Position numbers and translations under genes: made by a program. 64,000 nucleotides of DNA from Euryarchaeota archaeon UBA443 (GTDB lineage: Archaea > Thermoplasmatota > Poseidoniia > Poseidoniales > Poseidoniaceae), in contig DAKS01000022.1 of assembly GCA_002499195.1 (NCBI GenBank), positions 2,097-66,096 of the forward strand, given 5' to 3'. The number at the start of each line of letters is the position of its first letter. The first letter of the stretch is position 1. The notes beneath the pieces were generated by a model, which ran no database searches, was not told the DNA's origin, and was given only the letters and a program-made list of their open reading frames with translations. Below are positions 55,719 to 63,908 of the stretch, piece by piece.

Positions 55719-56708
55719 CTACTGTTGTGATCCTTCACCAAGTTTGGCAAGAAGTCCTTCTATCAATCGCAAGAGGCCACGGAGGGTTACTTCGGAGACA
55801 TTCGCAATAGAACAAATTTCAGATTGTGTTCGTGGCGAACCCGATTCATTGCAAGCTTTGTAAATCAATGCAGCAGCAACACCCATCGGTTTCTTGCCCT
55901 GCCAAATGTCTTCATGAGGCTTGATAACCGTCCAAAGGTGTTGAATCTGACTTCGCATTGAAGGTGCAAGTTCAAGTTTGGACATAAATGGGTCAATGTA
56001 TTGGTCAGGCGAACTGATGGAATGCATGTTGAGCATTCGTGATACTTGACGAATCAAACGAGATAGTTCCTTCTCTTGGATGGAGAATTGCTCTGCAATA
56101 TCGGGGATTTGACGCGGAACGTTTTCTTCTCGTGCTACGAGGTAGGTGCATGCTGCAGCAACGCCAGCAATCGAACGGCCAGTTACATAGCCCTTGTCTG
56201 AAAGACGGCGGTACAGTCGAGCAACCTCTTCCTGCAATGCAACTGGGAGTTGCGAACGGTCCCGAATAAACTGGTTGGCTCTGACGAGGTTTCTTGCGCG
56301 AGATTGACGAGTCTTTGAACGTTCATCGATGATTCTTCGTCGACGCCATTCACGACGACTTTGACTCGAAATACCATGACGACTGGCAGCCCCAGTATTC
56401 AAATCACGAACATCGATGGTTGTGTTAAGTCCACGGTCAGCAAGTGTGTAGGTCATTGGAGCTCCAACGCGTGAACGGTCTTCTCCACGATCTCTTTGAG
56501 TCCATTCGGCCCCTGGGTCAGGTACATTCTCTTCAACGACGAGGCCGCAACTGTTGCAGGTTACCTCCCCACGGGTTGTATCGAGACTCCAGTCGACTGC
56601 AGCACACTCCTCACAAGGTCTTGTGTGGCCTTCTAGAACTCGACGCTCGCTCGTTCCATTCGTCTCATTTTGGCTTCGTCCGCTTTCATTATCAAAACTA
56701 GCGCTCAT
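55719..56708 (-). CDS. tfb: transcription initiation factor IIB (TFB)
   Basis: N-terminal zinc ribbon CEECAAVDWSLDTTRGEVTCNSCGLV followed by two cyclin-like repeats (GRSIAGVAAACTYLVAR, GKKPMGVAAALIYKA). The ATG at 56708 lies 37 nt downstream of a TTTATATA box; ORF start 56789 would lie upstream of that box. Confidence 0.9.
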   Translation of the reverse strand: MSASFDNESGRSQNETNGTSERRVLEGHTRPCEECAAVDWSLDTTRGEVTCNSCGLVVEENVPDPGAEWTQRDRGEDRSRVGAPMTYTLADRGLNTTIDVRDLNTGAASRHGISSQSRREWRRRRIIDERSKTRQSRARNLVRANQFIRDRSQLPVALQEEVARLYRRLSDKGYVTGRSIAGVAAACTYLVAREENVPRQIPDIAEQFSIQEKELSRLIRQVSRMLNMHSISSPDQYIDPFMSKLELAPSMRSQIQHLWTVIKPHEDIWQGKKPMGVAAALIYKACNESGSPRTQSEICSIANVSEVTLRGLLRLIEGLLAKLGEGSQQ

Positions 56709-56744
56709 CTTCTCAACTCCGGGTATAGTAATTGTTCTCCAGAC

Positions 56745-56752
56745 TATATAAA
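56745..56752 (-). promoter_or_regulatory. archaeal TATA box (TTTATATA) of the tfb promoter
   Basis: The minus-strand sequence reads AGCAAACATTTATATAGTCTGG...GGAGTTGAGAAGATG. The spacing suits a short-leader transcript. Confidence 0.55.
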
Positions 56753-56952
56753 TGTTTGCTTCATTTGCATCAAATTCTTGCCAGCGCAAGGCTGCGATTG
56801 GAAAGAAAATACTGGATATTTCTCACTATGTCAAGAAGATTGAGCGACACTATAAGAAGGTGCGTTTAATTTACCCAAATAGTCCCATCTAAACTGATGG
56901 AGTAATAGGGCATAGTTCAAGGACATTCGTTCTTTGGTTGAGATTGAACAAT

Positions 56953-58254
56953 ATGCCAGCAACCGTCATTTTAGGAGCGCAATGGGGCGATGAAGGGAAA
57001 GGTAAGCTTGTCGATCGACTAGCGGAACAGGCAACATGGGTTGCTCGATTCCAAGGTGGAAACAATGCAGGCCACACAGTTGTCATAGGAGATAGGGTCT
57101 TGAAATTCCATCTCCTACCATCAGGTATTACTCGCCAAGAATGCTCGCTTGTTCTCGGAGATGGCATGGTCATCGACCCATGGGTCCTCAACACCGAGGT
57201 CGAAAATTGGATCAAAACAGGCGGAGACGATCCTAGAGGCAACCGACTCTTCGTGTCAGAGCGCGCCCACGTCATTCTTCCATATCATCGAGCCATGGAC
57301 AGTCTCGACAAAACAATCGGAACCACTGGACGAGGAATTGGCCCAACCTATTCGGATAAGATCAATCGAATCGGTCTACGATTTGGTGACATTGCTGAAG
57401 TTGTTCAAGATGGTTCATGGGCGGAAACAACCGCGCATCGCATGAACAAGTCGCTTGAAGCAGCAGGTTCCGATGTCCGCATCGATGCATCAACTCTTGC
57501 CAGCGAAGTGGAATGGATTCATTCAACCTATGCAACAAGCATCGCTAACACTGGATTGATGCTCGATAATGCACTCAAACTTGATGAGCACGTGATTCTC
57601 GAAGGTGCTCAAGGTTGTCTTTTGGATATCGATCAAGGTACATTCCCATTCGTTACTTCTTCCGTCACATCAAGAGGGAATGCATCGCATGGAGCAGGCA
57701 TTCATCCAGGTCATGTTGACGACGTGATCGGAATCACCAAAGCCTACATCACTCGTGTAGGAAACGGTGCAATGCCTACTGAATTGGAAGATGATGTAGG
57801 AGAACATCTCGGTACAGTAGGTCATGAATTTGGTACGACAACAGGCCGAAAGCGACGTTGCGGTTGGTTTGATGCAGTCGTCATGCGTCATGCACATCGA
57901 ATCAATGGCTTCACTTCTCTTGCACTAACAAAACTCGATGTTTTAGGTGGATTGGATGAACTCAAGATTTGCGTCGCTTACGAATTGGACGGTGCTGAAA
58001 TTACAGAAATGCCTAGCAGCGCATCAGCTCTAGCTAGATGTAAACCAATCTATGTCACCGTTCCAGGATTTGGATCGAAATCACTTGAGGAATGGCTAGT
58101 TGTAGCCAAGCATGCCAATGAGAACGGGCTTGGAATCTCAACACTTCCACAGCCTGCGCAAGATTATGTACGTCAACTTGAATCGCTTCTTGGCATTCCT
58201 TGTTCGAGTGTTGGTGTTGGACCAGATCGAGATGCTACCATCGATTGTATCTGA
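56953..58254 (+). CDS. purA: adenylosuccinate synthetase
   Basis: Motifs: MPATVILGAQWGDEGKGK, GGNNAGHTV, GTTGRGIGPTY, GTTTGRKRRCGW. The ATG at 56953 is preferred over the TTG ORF start at 56938. Confidence 0.92.
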   Translation: MPATVILGAQWGDEGKGKLVDRLAEQATWVARFQGGNNAGHTVVIGDRVLKFHLLPSGITRQECSLVLGDGMVIDPWVLNTEVENWIKTGGDDPRGNRLFVSERAHVILPYHRAMDSLDKTIGTTGRGIGPTYSDKINRIGLRFGDIAEVVQDGSWAETTAHRMNKSLEAAGSDVRIDASTLASEVEWIHSTYATSIANTGLMLDNALKLDEHVILEGAQGCLLDIDQGTFPFVTSSVTSRGNASHGAGIHPGHVDDVIGITKAYITRVGNGAMPTELEDDVGEHLGTVGHEFGTTTGRKRRCGWFDAVVMRHAHRINGFTSLALTKLDVLGGLDELKICVAYELDGAEITEMPSSASALARCKPIYVTVPGFGSKSLEEWLVVAKHANENGLGISTLPQPAQDYVRQLESLLGIPCSSVGVGPDRDATIDCI

Positions 58255-58304
58255 GTAATCGTAATGAAACACTCAAAAGGAAGTGTTTGTACGGACGGCT
58301 AAGA

Positions 58305-58380
58305 GGGCGCTTAGCTCAGTTGGAAGAGCGTCTGGTTTGCAACCAGAAGGCCGGGGGTTCAAATCCCCCAGCGTCCACCA
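58305..58380 (+). tRNA. tRNA-Ala (anticodon UGC), CCA encoded
   Basis: Manual cloverleaf: acceptor GGGCGCT/AGCGTCC with the G3:U70 Ala identity pair, D arm GCTC-AGTTGGAA-GAGC, anticodon stem TCTGG/CCAGA, loop TTTGCAA (34-36 = TGC), T arm GGGGG-TTCAAAT-CCCCC, discriminator A, CCA. Confidence 0.92.
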
Positions 58381-58529
58381 CCCTCGGAGAGTCCAAACCC
58401 CTTGTTCCTTACTTGTGCCAAACCAGCCTAGCCAATCATTTGCCAAGAAGTTTGTCGAAGTATTTCAAGAAGATCCAGGTGAATCAAGCCTTACATAGAC
58501 CTTATTTGCTAGTATGCTTTGTACGAAAT

Positions 58530-61109
58530 ATGCGAAAACACCTACTTTTTGTGATTTTTATGCTGATTTCGGCCTCTTTGGCTGGATGTACGTCGAATGA
58601 AGAAGATGAAACTGAAGACCCCAGTGACATTACTGGAGATGACGGAGGCGATTCCACGGAGATGCTGAATGGCGCTCTTTTCGTCTATATTCAATCTGGT
58701 TCATACGCCCCGGCAGTAATTGATGAAAATGGCCCATTATACCTTCATTTCGGGGCACCGCCGATGGCTAATGAATCCCCTTTTCTACTCGAACTGATTT
58801 GTTCGGTTGAAGAGGGACATGTTTCAGATGTGTACCAAACATGGGTTAATTCTTCAGGAGGAAATGCTGGCGATTTCCATGAAATTACCAGTTGGTCAGT
58901 GAAAAATAGCGCATCTCCAAATATCCAATTAGAGATGTTTGCTTATCATACTATGTCGGATATCATTGACTTTGTGCACCCAATGGTAGTGTTTGAGGAT
59001 AACGAATCAATAACCGGATCAGGACACCTACCTGCAGTTGTTTTTGACCAAGAAACCTTTTCCTGTATGGATGCAGTTACAGATGGAACTGGAGACGGCG
59101 ATGGTGACAGCGGAGAAGAATGTCCATTCCCTAATGAACCAGGAGATACTGACAGCCCATGTTTTGCACCTGAGTGCGAAGATGAAGAATCAGAGGCTTG
59201 TCTTGAATTTGTAACTGAATACTGTGAAGAAAATCCAGATGAAGGAGGTTGTGAGATGTTTGAATTTTTACCAATTATGGAATTTATGGATGCATTAGAG
59301 ATGGATGTTTCAGGAATGTGTGGAACATTGAGCGAAATGGGCACAACTATGCGAATTTCAGGTTTAATGCCTTCAGATGACGGAACACTGGTGATGGTAA
59401 ATTTCGATAGGATTGTTGAGTATGATGGCACTGATACTAGATCAATGATGATGTACCATATTAGCAATGAAGATGCTGGATTATCTGCAAGCATGGGCTA
59501 TGATACAATTACATTTACTCCTTCACCGACAGGCTCTCATTCATGGTTTGATAGTATGATTAATCTTCATTTAATCACATCAGAAGAAGATGATTCTGGA
59601 GATATAACCTCCACTGAATATAAATTAATCTTAAGAGATAATTATTCTGAAGGTTCTGATATATGCGATGAATTTGGTAGTGACGATGATGACACGGGAA
59701 GCCAGACTTTCTGGTGTAGTTCAACACTTGGAGGTGCACCTGATACAGAGATAGACTTTGCATTAGTCAATGATGGAACTGAAGACTGTGGCGATGGTTC
59801 TGATGAACCACAAGATTTCGATGGCGATGGGGCTGAAGATAATTGGTTTGATTGTAATGATGATGATTCAACTACAGTTTCAATGAGTGTAGTTAATGAC
59901 GGATCTTATGATTGCCCTAATGCTGCTGATGAACCTGACTTGGAGGTAGAAGTCGATGGTGATATGCCGTTTCCATCTCTTGATGGAACTGCATGTGGCG
60001 ATTCTGATGAAGATGATGGGCCAATGCCTACTAGTGCTACAATGGAAGGTCTAGATGGATCTTTGGGCGGTATTGCTTATGTCAATATGACATTTGGAGA
60101 TCCAACCGATGCAGACTATTGTAGCATGGAAATCACAGCCTTCCAATTCAGCCCAGATGGTGATTGGATAATGAGTTCATTTTACGCAACAAATGGTTCG
60201 ACTACAATTGTCATGGCAAATTGGTTTGAGGTAGATTTGAATACAGTTGAAGACGCTGATGGAGAATGGTCTTGGGGAGCAGCAGATTTGAACCTAATGA
60301 CTACAAATAGTTCAATTCACATGTTTGATTGCGGCGAAGATGGCGTAATGGGAGATGATGGTGAAGTAGAATATGGTTCACAGTGGATTATTTTCAAGCG
60401 CGTAAATGATAATATTGCTGATTGTGCCGACCAATCTGACGAATCAGTTGATTTAGATGGCGATGGCGATTCTGATGTAATGTTCCATTGTGAAACTCCT
60501 GACGATGCATCTGATGATATTAACATGGCATTGGTCAATGATGGGAATACTGGCGATTGCCCGAATTATTCCGATGAATATATGCAAACAGGCAGTTCTT
60601 ACGGAACCTTTGATTGGGATACAACTAATTCTATTCCAGATGGATTTACCTCTTCAATGATTATTACTGGATTCTCAGAACATGACATTGATGCGTCTGA
60701 ATTAGAATTGAGAATAACCAATGTCGACTCTGCATATGATTATATCACAGAGGAGGGACACTGTGGCGAAATGACAAATACTGACAAAGAGGGACTGAGC
60801 GTATTAGTGACAATTCCTCTTGATGAAATGGACTCTTTCGCTGCAGGTTTCACTGACAGTAATGGAAAGAATTGGAATGGAGCTTGGCTAGACAATGATG
60901 ACAATGGTTATGTTAACAATGGTGATTCAATCACTATTTATTCACCAGATAGTACCGATCTTTACTTTACATGTGTTGAACTTCACGATAATTATGTCGA
61001 TATGTATACTGGTGATACGCCTAACATGATGACCCTGCCAGGGTTTACTGCGGTATTATCACTAGTTGCAGTGATTAGTGCATTTGTTGCAATTACAAGA
61101 AGAGATTAA
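58530..61109 (+). CDS. highly acidic surface lipoprotein with four LDL-receptor-class-A-like Ca-binding repeats and a PGF-CTERM sorting signal
   Basis: The listed ORF (58200) reads through tRNA-Ala, so the ATG at 58530 is used. It gives MRKHLLFVIFMLISASLAGC (lipobox LAGC). Repeats: VNDGTEDCGDGSDE, VNDGSYDCPNAADE, VNDNIADCADQSDE, VNDGNTGDCPNYSDE. C-terminus LPGFTAVLSLVAVISAFVAITRRD. Confidence 0.8.
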   Translation: MRKHLLFVIFMLISASLAGCTSNEEDETEDPSDITGDDGGDSTEMLNGALFVYIQSGSYAPAVIDENGPLYLHFGAPPMANESPFLLELICSVEEGHVSDVYQTWVNSSGGNAGDFHEITSWSVKNSASPNIQLEMFAYHTMSDIIDFVHPMVVFEDNESITGSGHLPAVVFDQETFSCMDAVTDGTGDGDGDSGEECPFPNEPGDTDSPCFAPECEDEESEACLEFVTEYCEENPDEGGCEMFEFLPIMEFMDALEMDVSGMCGTLSEMGTTMRISGLMPSDDGTLVMVNFDRIVEYDGTDTRSMMMYHISNEDAGLSASMGYDTITFTPSPTGSHSWFDSMINLHLITSEEDDSGDITSTEYKLILRDNYSEGSDICDEFGSDDDDTGSQTFWCSSTLGGAPDTEIDFALVNDGTEDCGDGSDEPQDFDGDGAEDNWFDCNDDDSTTVSMSVVNDGSYDCPNAADEPDLEVEVDGDMPFPSLDGTACGDSDEDDGPMPTSATMEGLDGSLGGIAYVNMTFGDPTDADYCSMEITAFQFSPDGDWIMSSFYATNGSTTIVMANWFEVDLNTVEDADGEWSWGAADLNLMTTNSSIHMFDCGEDGVMGDDGEVEYGSQWIIFKRVNDNIADCADQSDESVDLDGDGDSDVMFHCETPDDASDDINMALVNDGNTGDCPNYSDEYMQTGSSYGTFDWDTTNSIPDGFTSSMIITGFSEHDIDASELELRITNVDSAYDYITEEGHCGEMTNTDKEGLSVLVTIPLDEMDSFAAGFTDSNGKNWNGAWLDNDDNGYVNNGDSITIYSPDSTDLYFTCVELHDNYVDMYTGDTPNMMTLPGFTAVLSLVAVISAFVAITRRD

Positions 61110-61295
61110 TCACTCAAAAGTGAATTAGTTCTCGCGTCGAGCCGCCGTGCTGTAGCCTCAAGTTTGGGGATGCTTTTCTCGGCCGCATCAGCAAGCACCT
61201 CCGAGTTCGTTCTCAAGAATTGTAAAGACCGGCTGTATATTTGTGCACGAATGAGCGATGCCAAAGCGACTAAGTTTTCCTGATGCTCGGAAGCA

Positions 61296-61319
61296 GGTTC
61301 GACTCCCCAGTGTCCACCA
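61296..61319 (+). other. degenerate copy of a tRNA-Ala 3' end (T-loop + acceptor + CCA); no complete tRNA could be folded
   Basis: GGTTCGACTCCCCAGTGTCCACCA compared with tRNA-Ala 58356..58380 GGTTCAAATCCCCCAGCGTCCACCA matches at about 21 of 25 aligned positions by hand. It keeps U70, A73 and CCA. The T stem cannot pair, and no 5' half was found upstream. Confidence 0.45.
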
Positions 61320-61380
61320 CGATCACTGAGTTGTTCTCTTTGTTCTAAACATAATAGATCTCATCTAATAACTGGATATT

Positions 61381-62733
61381 TCATCGATCTTGATTACTTC
61401 GAGATCGATTTCTATTGCGTCTTCTTCGAGACGAACGCTTTGGATTTGAATCGCCAGAACGCCTGTTGGACGACGGTGTCTTGCCCTGTCTACGTGGATT
61501 GGAGTTCCCGCTTTTCTTACGGTTGGAATTGCGAGGCTTATTGCTCGATTTTCCCGTCTTGATTTTCCCAGGCTTTTGATCAGGTTTTGGAATCGCACCA
61601 ACGAAATGGAACTCATGAGATTCATCAACATCAATCTCAAAACCAATAAGTTGCTGAATACCAACCAAGTACCCTGATTCAGTATCGTCACAAAAACCGT
61701 AAGCAATTCCAGATTTTCCAGCCCTCGCAGTTCTCCCGATGCGATGAACGTAACTTTCCGGTTCATTTGGCAAGTCGTAATTAAACACGTGCGTGATATC
61801 ATTTACATCAATACCTCGACTCGCAATATCGGTTGCTACGAGTATCTTGGTTTCTCCACATTTGAAATTAGCTAATGCTTTGGTTCTAGCACCCTGGCTT
61901 TTGTTACCATGTATTGCTGCAGCATTAATTCCACTTTGAGCAAGTTGTTTTACCAAGCGATTTGCTCCATGCTTAGTCCTAGTAAATACGATGCCTTTAC
62001 TGACTCTTTCTTGTTTGATAATTTTAACGATCAGCCGTCGTTTGTCCGCCTTTCTTACGAACATAATTTTCTGAGCAATTCGATCAACTGTGATTTCTTC
62101 TGGACTCACATCAACCTTGACAGCATTATGTAGGAATGAGGATGCAAGGTCAGCAATTGATTTTGGCATTGTTGCACTAAACAACAGATTTTGGCGTTGT
62201 TTTGGGAGTAATTTGAGTACTTTTTTGATATCTCTAATGAATCCCATATCCAACATTTGGTCTGCTTCATCTAAGACAAAAAATTCTACTCTACTCAAAT
62301 CAATGTAGCCTTGTCCAATCAAATCGAGCAATCGCCCAGGTGTTGCCACCAAAACATCGATACCTTTCTCCAGTGCTCTGACTTGAGGATTTTGCTTTAC
62401 TCCACCAAAGATAACTTTGTGTCGAATATCCAAATGTCCACTGTATGCCGAAAATCGCTCATCGATTTGCGCAGCTAATTCCCGAGTTGGTGACAAAACC
62501 AGTGTTCTAATGTGACGTTTTCCTTGTGGTTTTGATCGATTCATTACCTGTAATACAGGCAGAGCAAATGCAGCAGTTTTACCCGTTCCAGTTTGAGCGA
62601 CCCCTAGAACGTCTCTCCCATTGAGTAATGGTGGAATAGATTGTGCTTGTACTGGCGTTGGCGTCGTATACCCTTCTTGTTCTACGGCAAGAAGCAGTTC
62701 TCTTGAGAGTCCTAATGATTGAAAGTCCTGCAT
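61381..62733 (-). CDS. DEAD-box ATP-dependent RNA helicase (RhlE-like) with Arg/Ser/Asn-rich basic tail
   Basis: Q motif GYTTPTPVQ, motif I AQTGTGKTAAF, PTRELA, motif II VLDEADQML, SAT, HRIGRTARAG. Basic C-terminal tail RRRRNRNRSRSNQDR. Confidence 0.9.
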   Translation of the reverse strand: MQDFQSLGLSRELLLAVEQEGYTTPTPVQAQSIPPLLNGRDVLGVAQTGTGKTAAFALPVLQVMNRSKPQGKRHIRTLVLSPTRELAAQIDERFSAYSGHLDIRHKVIFGGVKQNPQVRALEKGIDVLVATPGRLLDLIGQGYIDLSRVEFFVLDEADQMLDMGFIRDIKKVLKLLPKQRQNLLFSATMPKSIADLASSFLHNAVKVDVSPEEITVDRIAQKIMFVRKADKRRLIVKIIKQERVSKGIVFTRTKHGANRLVKQLAQSGINAAAIHGNKSQGARTKALANFKCGETKILVATDIASRGIDVNDITHVFNYDLPNEPESYVHRIGRTARAGKSGIAYGFCDDTESGYLVGIQQLIGFEIDVDESHEFHFVGAIPKPDQKPGKIKTGKSSNKPRNSNRKKSGNSNPRRQGKTPSSNRRSGDSNPKRSSRRRRNRNRSRSNQDR

Positions 62734-62957
62734 TTATTGTTCCCCAGTAGAGTCACAAATTGCAACAATGCTAACTCCTAGGAATGTATCTGTTTGCCTC
62801 ATCACCTAAAACTAGGTAGGTTACATTATCACTTAGCGCGTCAATTCTAACAGGCCAAGAAGATAGCCGTTATTTTATCATGATGCTCTGTTTGATGAGC
62901 GAAGTTGGTGTGTAGTTTTGTTTTTGAATCAAGGAAGCGAACAAACGGAGCGAATCT

Positions 62958-62969
62958 TTTTAATATAAA
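62958..62969 (+). promoter_or_regulatory. TATA-like box (TTTAATATAAAT) about 26 nt upstream of the ATG at 62990, suggesting a leaderless or short-leader mRNA
   Basis: Read directly: ...cttTTTAATATAAATtgtaatttaattatcaatcATG, within a 256-nt AT-rich intergenic region. Confidence 0.4.
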
Positions 62970-62989
62970 TTGTAATTTAATTATCAATC

Positions 62990-63592
62990 ATGCAAAGTTA
63001 TCAACTCGTGCAGGACACCAATGCATGGCCGAATCAAGTGTTGGTTGAAGCTCGAAGTCAAATCCATGCAATTGCGAATTACATCGACAACGTCCTCGAA
63101 GAGTTGACCTCCTTCATACACATCTTCAACGATGGTATTGATTCAGATGCGCTCTACAACCTCCTCGATCAACATTTGCCAAATGGGCCAATCGCAGATG
63201 AGAAGAAGATTCTCATCGATGACATTCTTCGGCTTGCTACACTTTTTGAAGCAACAACAAAATCGGGGAAGATAAAACTACAACTTGAAATTGTTACAAC
63301 CGATATGTGTCGTTTGTTTCACGCAGATTACTATCGTCAACGCCTTTTGTGTACGTATCTAGGTCCAGGAACTGAATGGCTTGATCACTCGAATGTTAAT
63401 CGTAATGCTCTCGGGAAAGGGAGAAACAACAACATCGTAAAAGATGAAACTGCAATCAATCGAGCAAACACATTCGACGTATTGATTCTCAAAGGACAAA
63501 ATTTTGGTGAAGGTGAATTAGCTATCGTCCATCGATCCCCTCCTATCATACGTCACAACAAAACAAGAGTTCTGTTGAAAATCGATGAATAA
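62990..63592 (+). CDS. hypothetical protein (possibly DUF1826-like)
   Basis: 200-aa ORF. The block LFHADYYRQRLLCTYLGPGTEWLDH resembles what I recall of DUF1826. Not verifiable here. Confidence 0.35.
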   Translation: MQSYQLVQDTNAWPNQVLVEARSQIHAIANYIDNVLEELTSFIHIFNDGIDSDALYNLLDQHLPNGPIADEKKILIDDILRLATLFEATTKSGKIKLQLEIVTTDMCRLFHADYYRQRLLCTYLGPGTEWLDHSNVNRNALGKGRNNNIVKDETAINRANTFDVLILKGQNFGEGELAIVHRSPPIIRHNKTRVLLKIDE

Positions 63593-63672
63593 AGATTCTT
63601 GGAGAGGGGCTTGCAAAATCTTGCTGCGACTAAGGTTAGGTTTTTTTCTTCTCAATTACTAAATATCAGGTA

Positions 63673-63858
63673 TTGGTATTTCTTTACGTGGCAGGAGAAG
63701 CATTGAGTGAACTCGCTTTGGCAGCACTTGGTGATGAAACGCTTGAAGACATTGGAAATAAAGTGGAAACAGTAACAAAGCGAATTCCTTTCCTCAAATA
63801 CGCAGTTGTTTCAGCGTTTTTCATTGGTTGGGGCGTCTATTTTCTCTGGTTCAGATGA
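63673..63858 (+). CDS. small hypothetical membrane protein, doubtful
   Basis: 61-aa ORF with a TTG start and a C-terminal hydrophobic helix AVVSAFFIGWGVYFLWF. Confidence 0.2.
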   Translation: MVFLYVAGEALSELALAALGDETLEDIGNKVETVTKRIPFLKYAVVSAFFIGWGVYFLWFR

Positions 63859-63908
63859 ATTCTTGTAATGCATAACCTACAAGAAGACTGAGACGTTCGG
63901 GTTTGTTG

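Noticed and set aside
58200-58529. 5' extension of the 969-aa ORF (MFECWCW...GGSNPPAST...)
   Set aside because: This part of the ORF is read straight through the tRNA-Ala gene (58305..58380) and the purA 3' end. The real CDS starts at the ATG at 58530, which has a signal peptide and lipobox.
61141-61175. GCCGCCGTGCTGTAGCCTCAAGTTTGGGGATGC, considered as the 5' half of an intron-containing or split tRNA matching the 3' fragment at 61296..61319
   Set aside because: The acceptor strand is not complementary to AGTGTCC, no D arm can be formed, and no anticodon stem was found. It cannot be assembled into a cloverleaf by hand.
61245-61292. Possible C/D-box sRNA (AATGAGCGA ... CCTGATGC). A similar pair, TGATGCTC / TGATGAGCGA, lies at 62889..62915 on the other side of the helicase gene.
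   Set aside because: The C box is not canonical (no RUGAUGA), no C'/D' pair was found, and the second locus has no D box (CUGA). The shared octamers are short enough to be chance.
61365-61802. 145-aa ORF overlapping the 3' part of the DEAD-box helicase gene
   Set aside because: It is an alternate frame of the helicase C-terminal domain and basic tail. The helicase frame carries all the conserved motifs.
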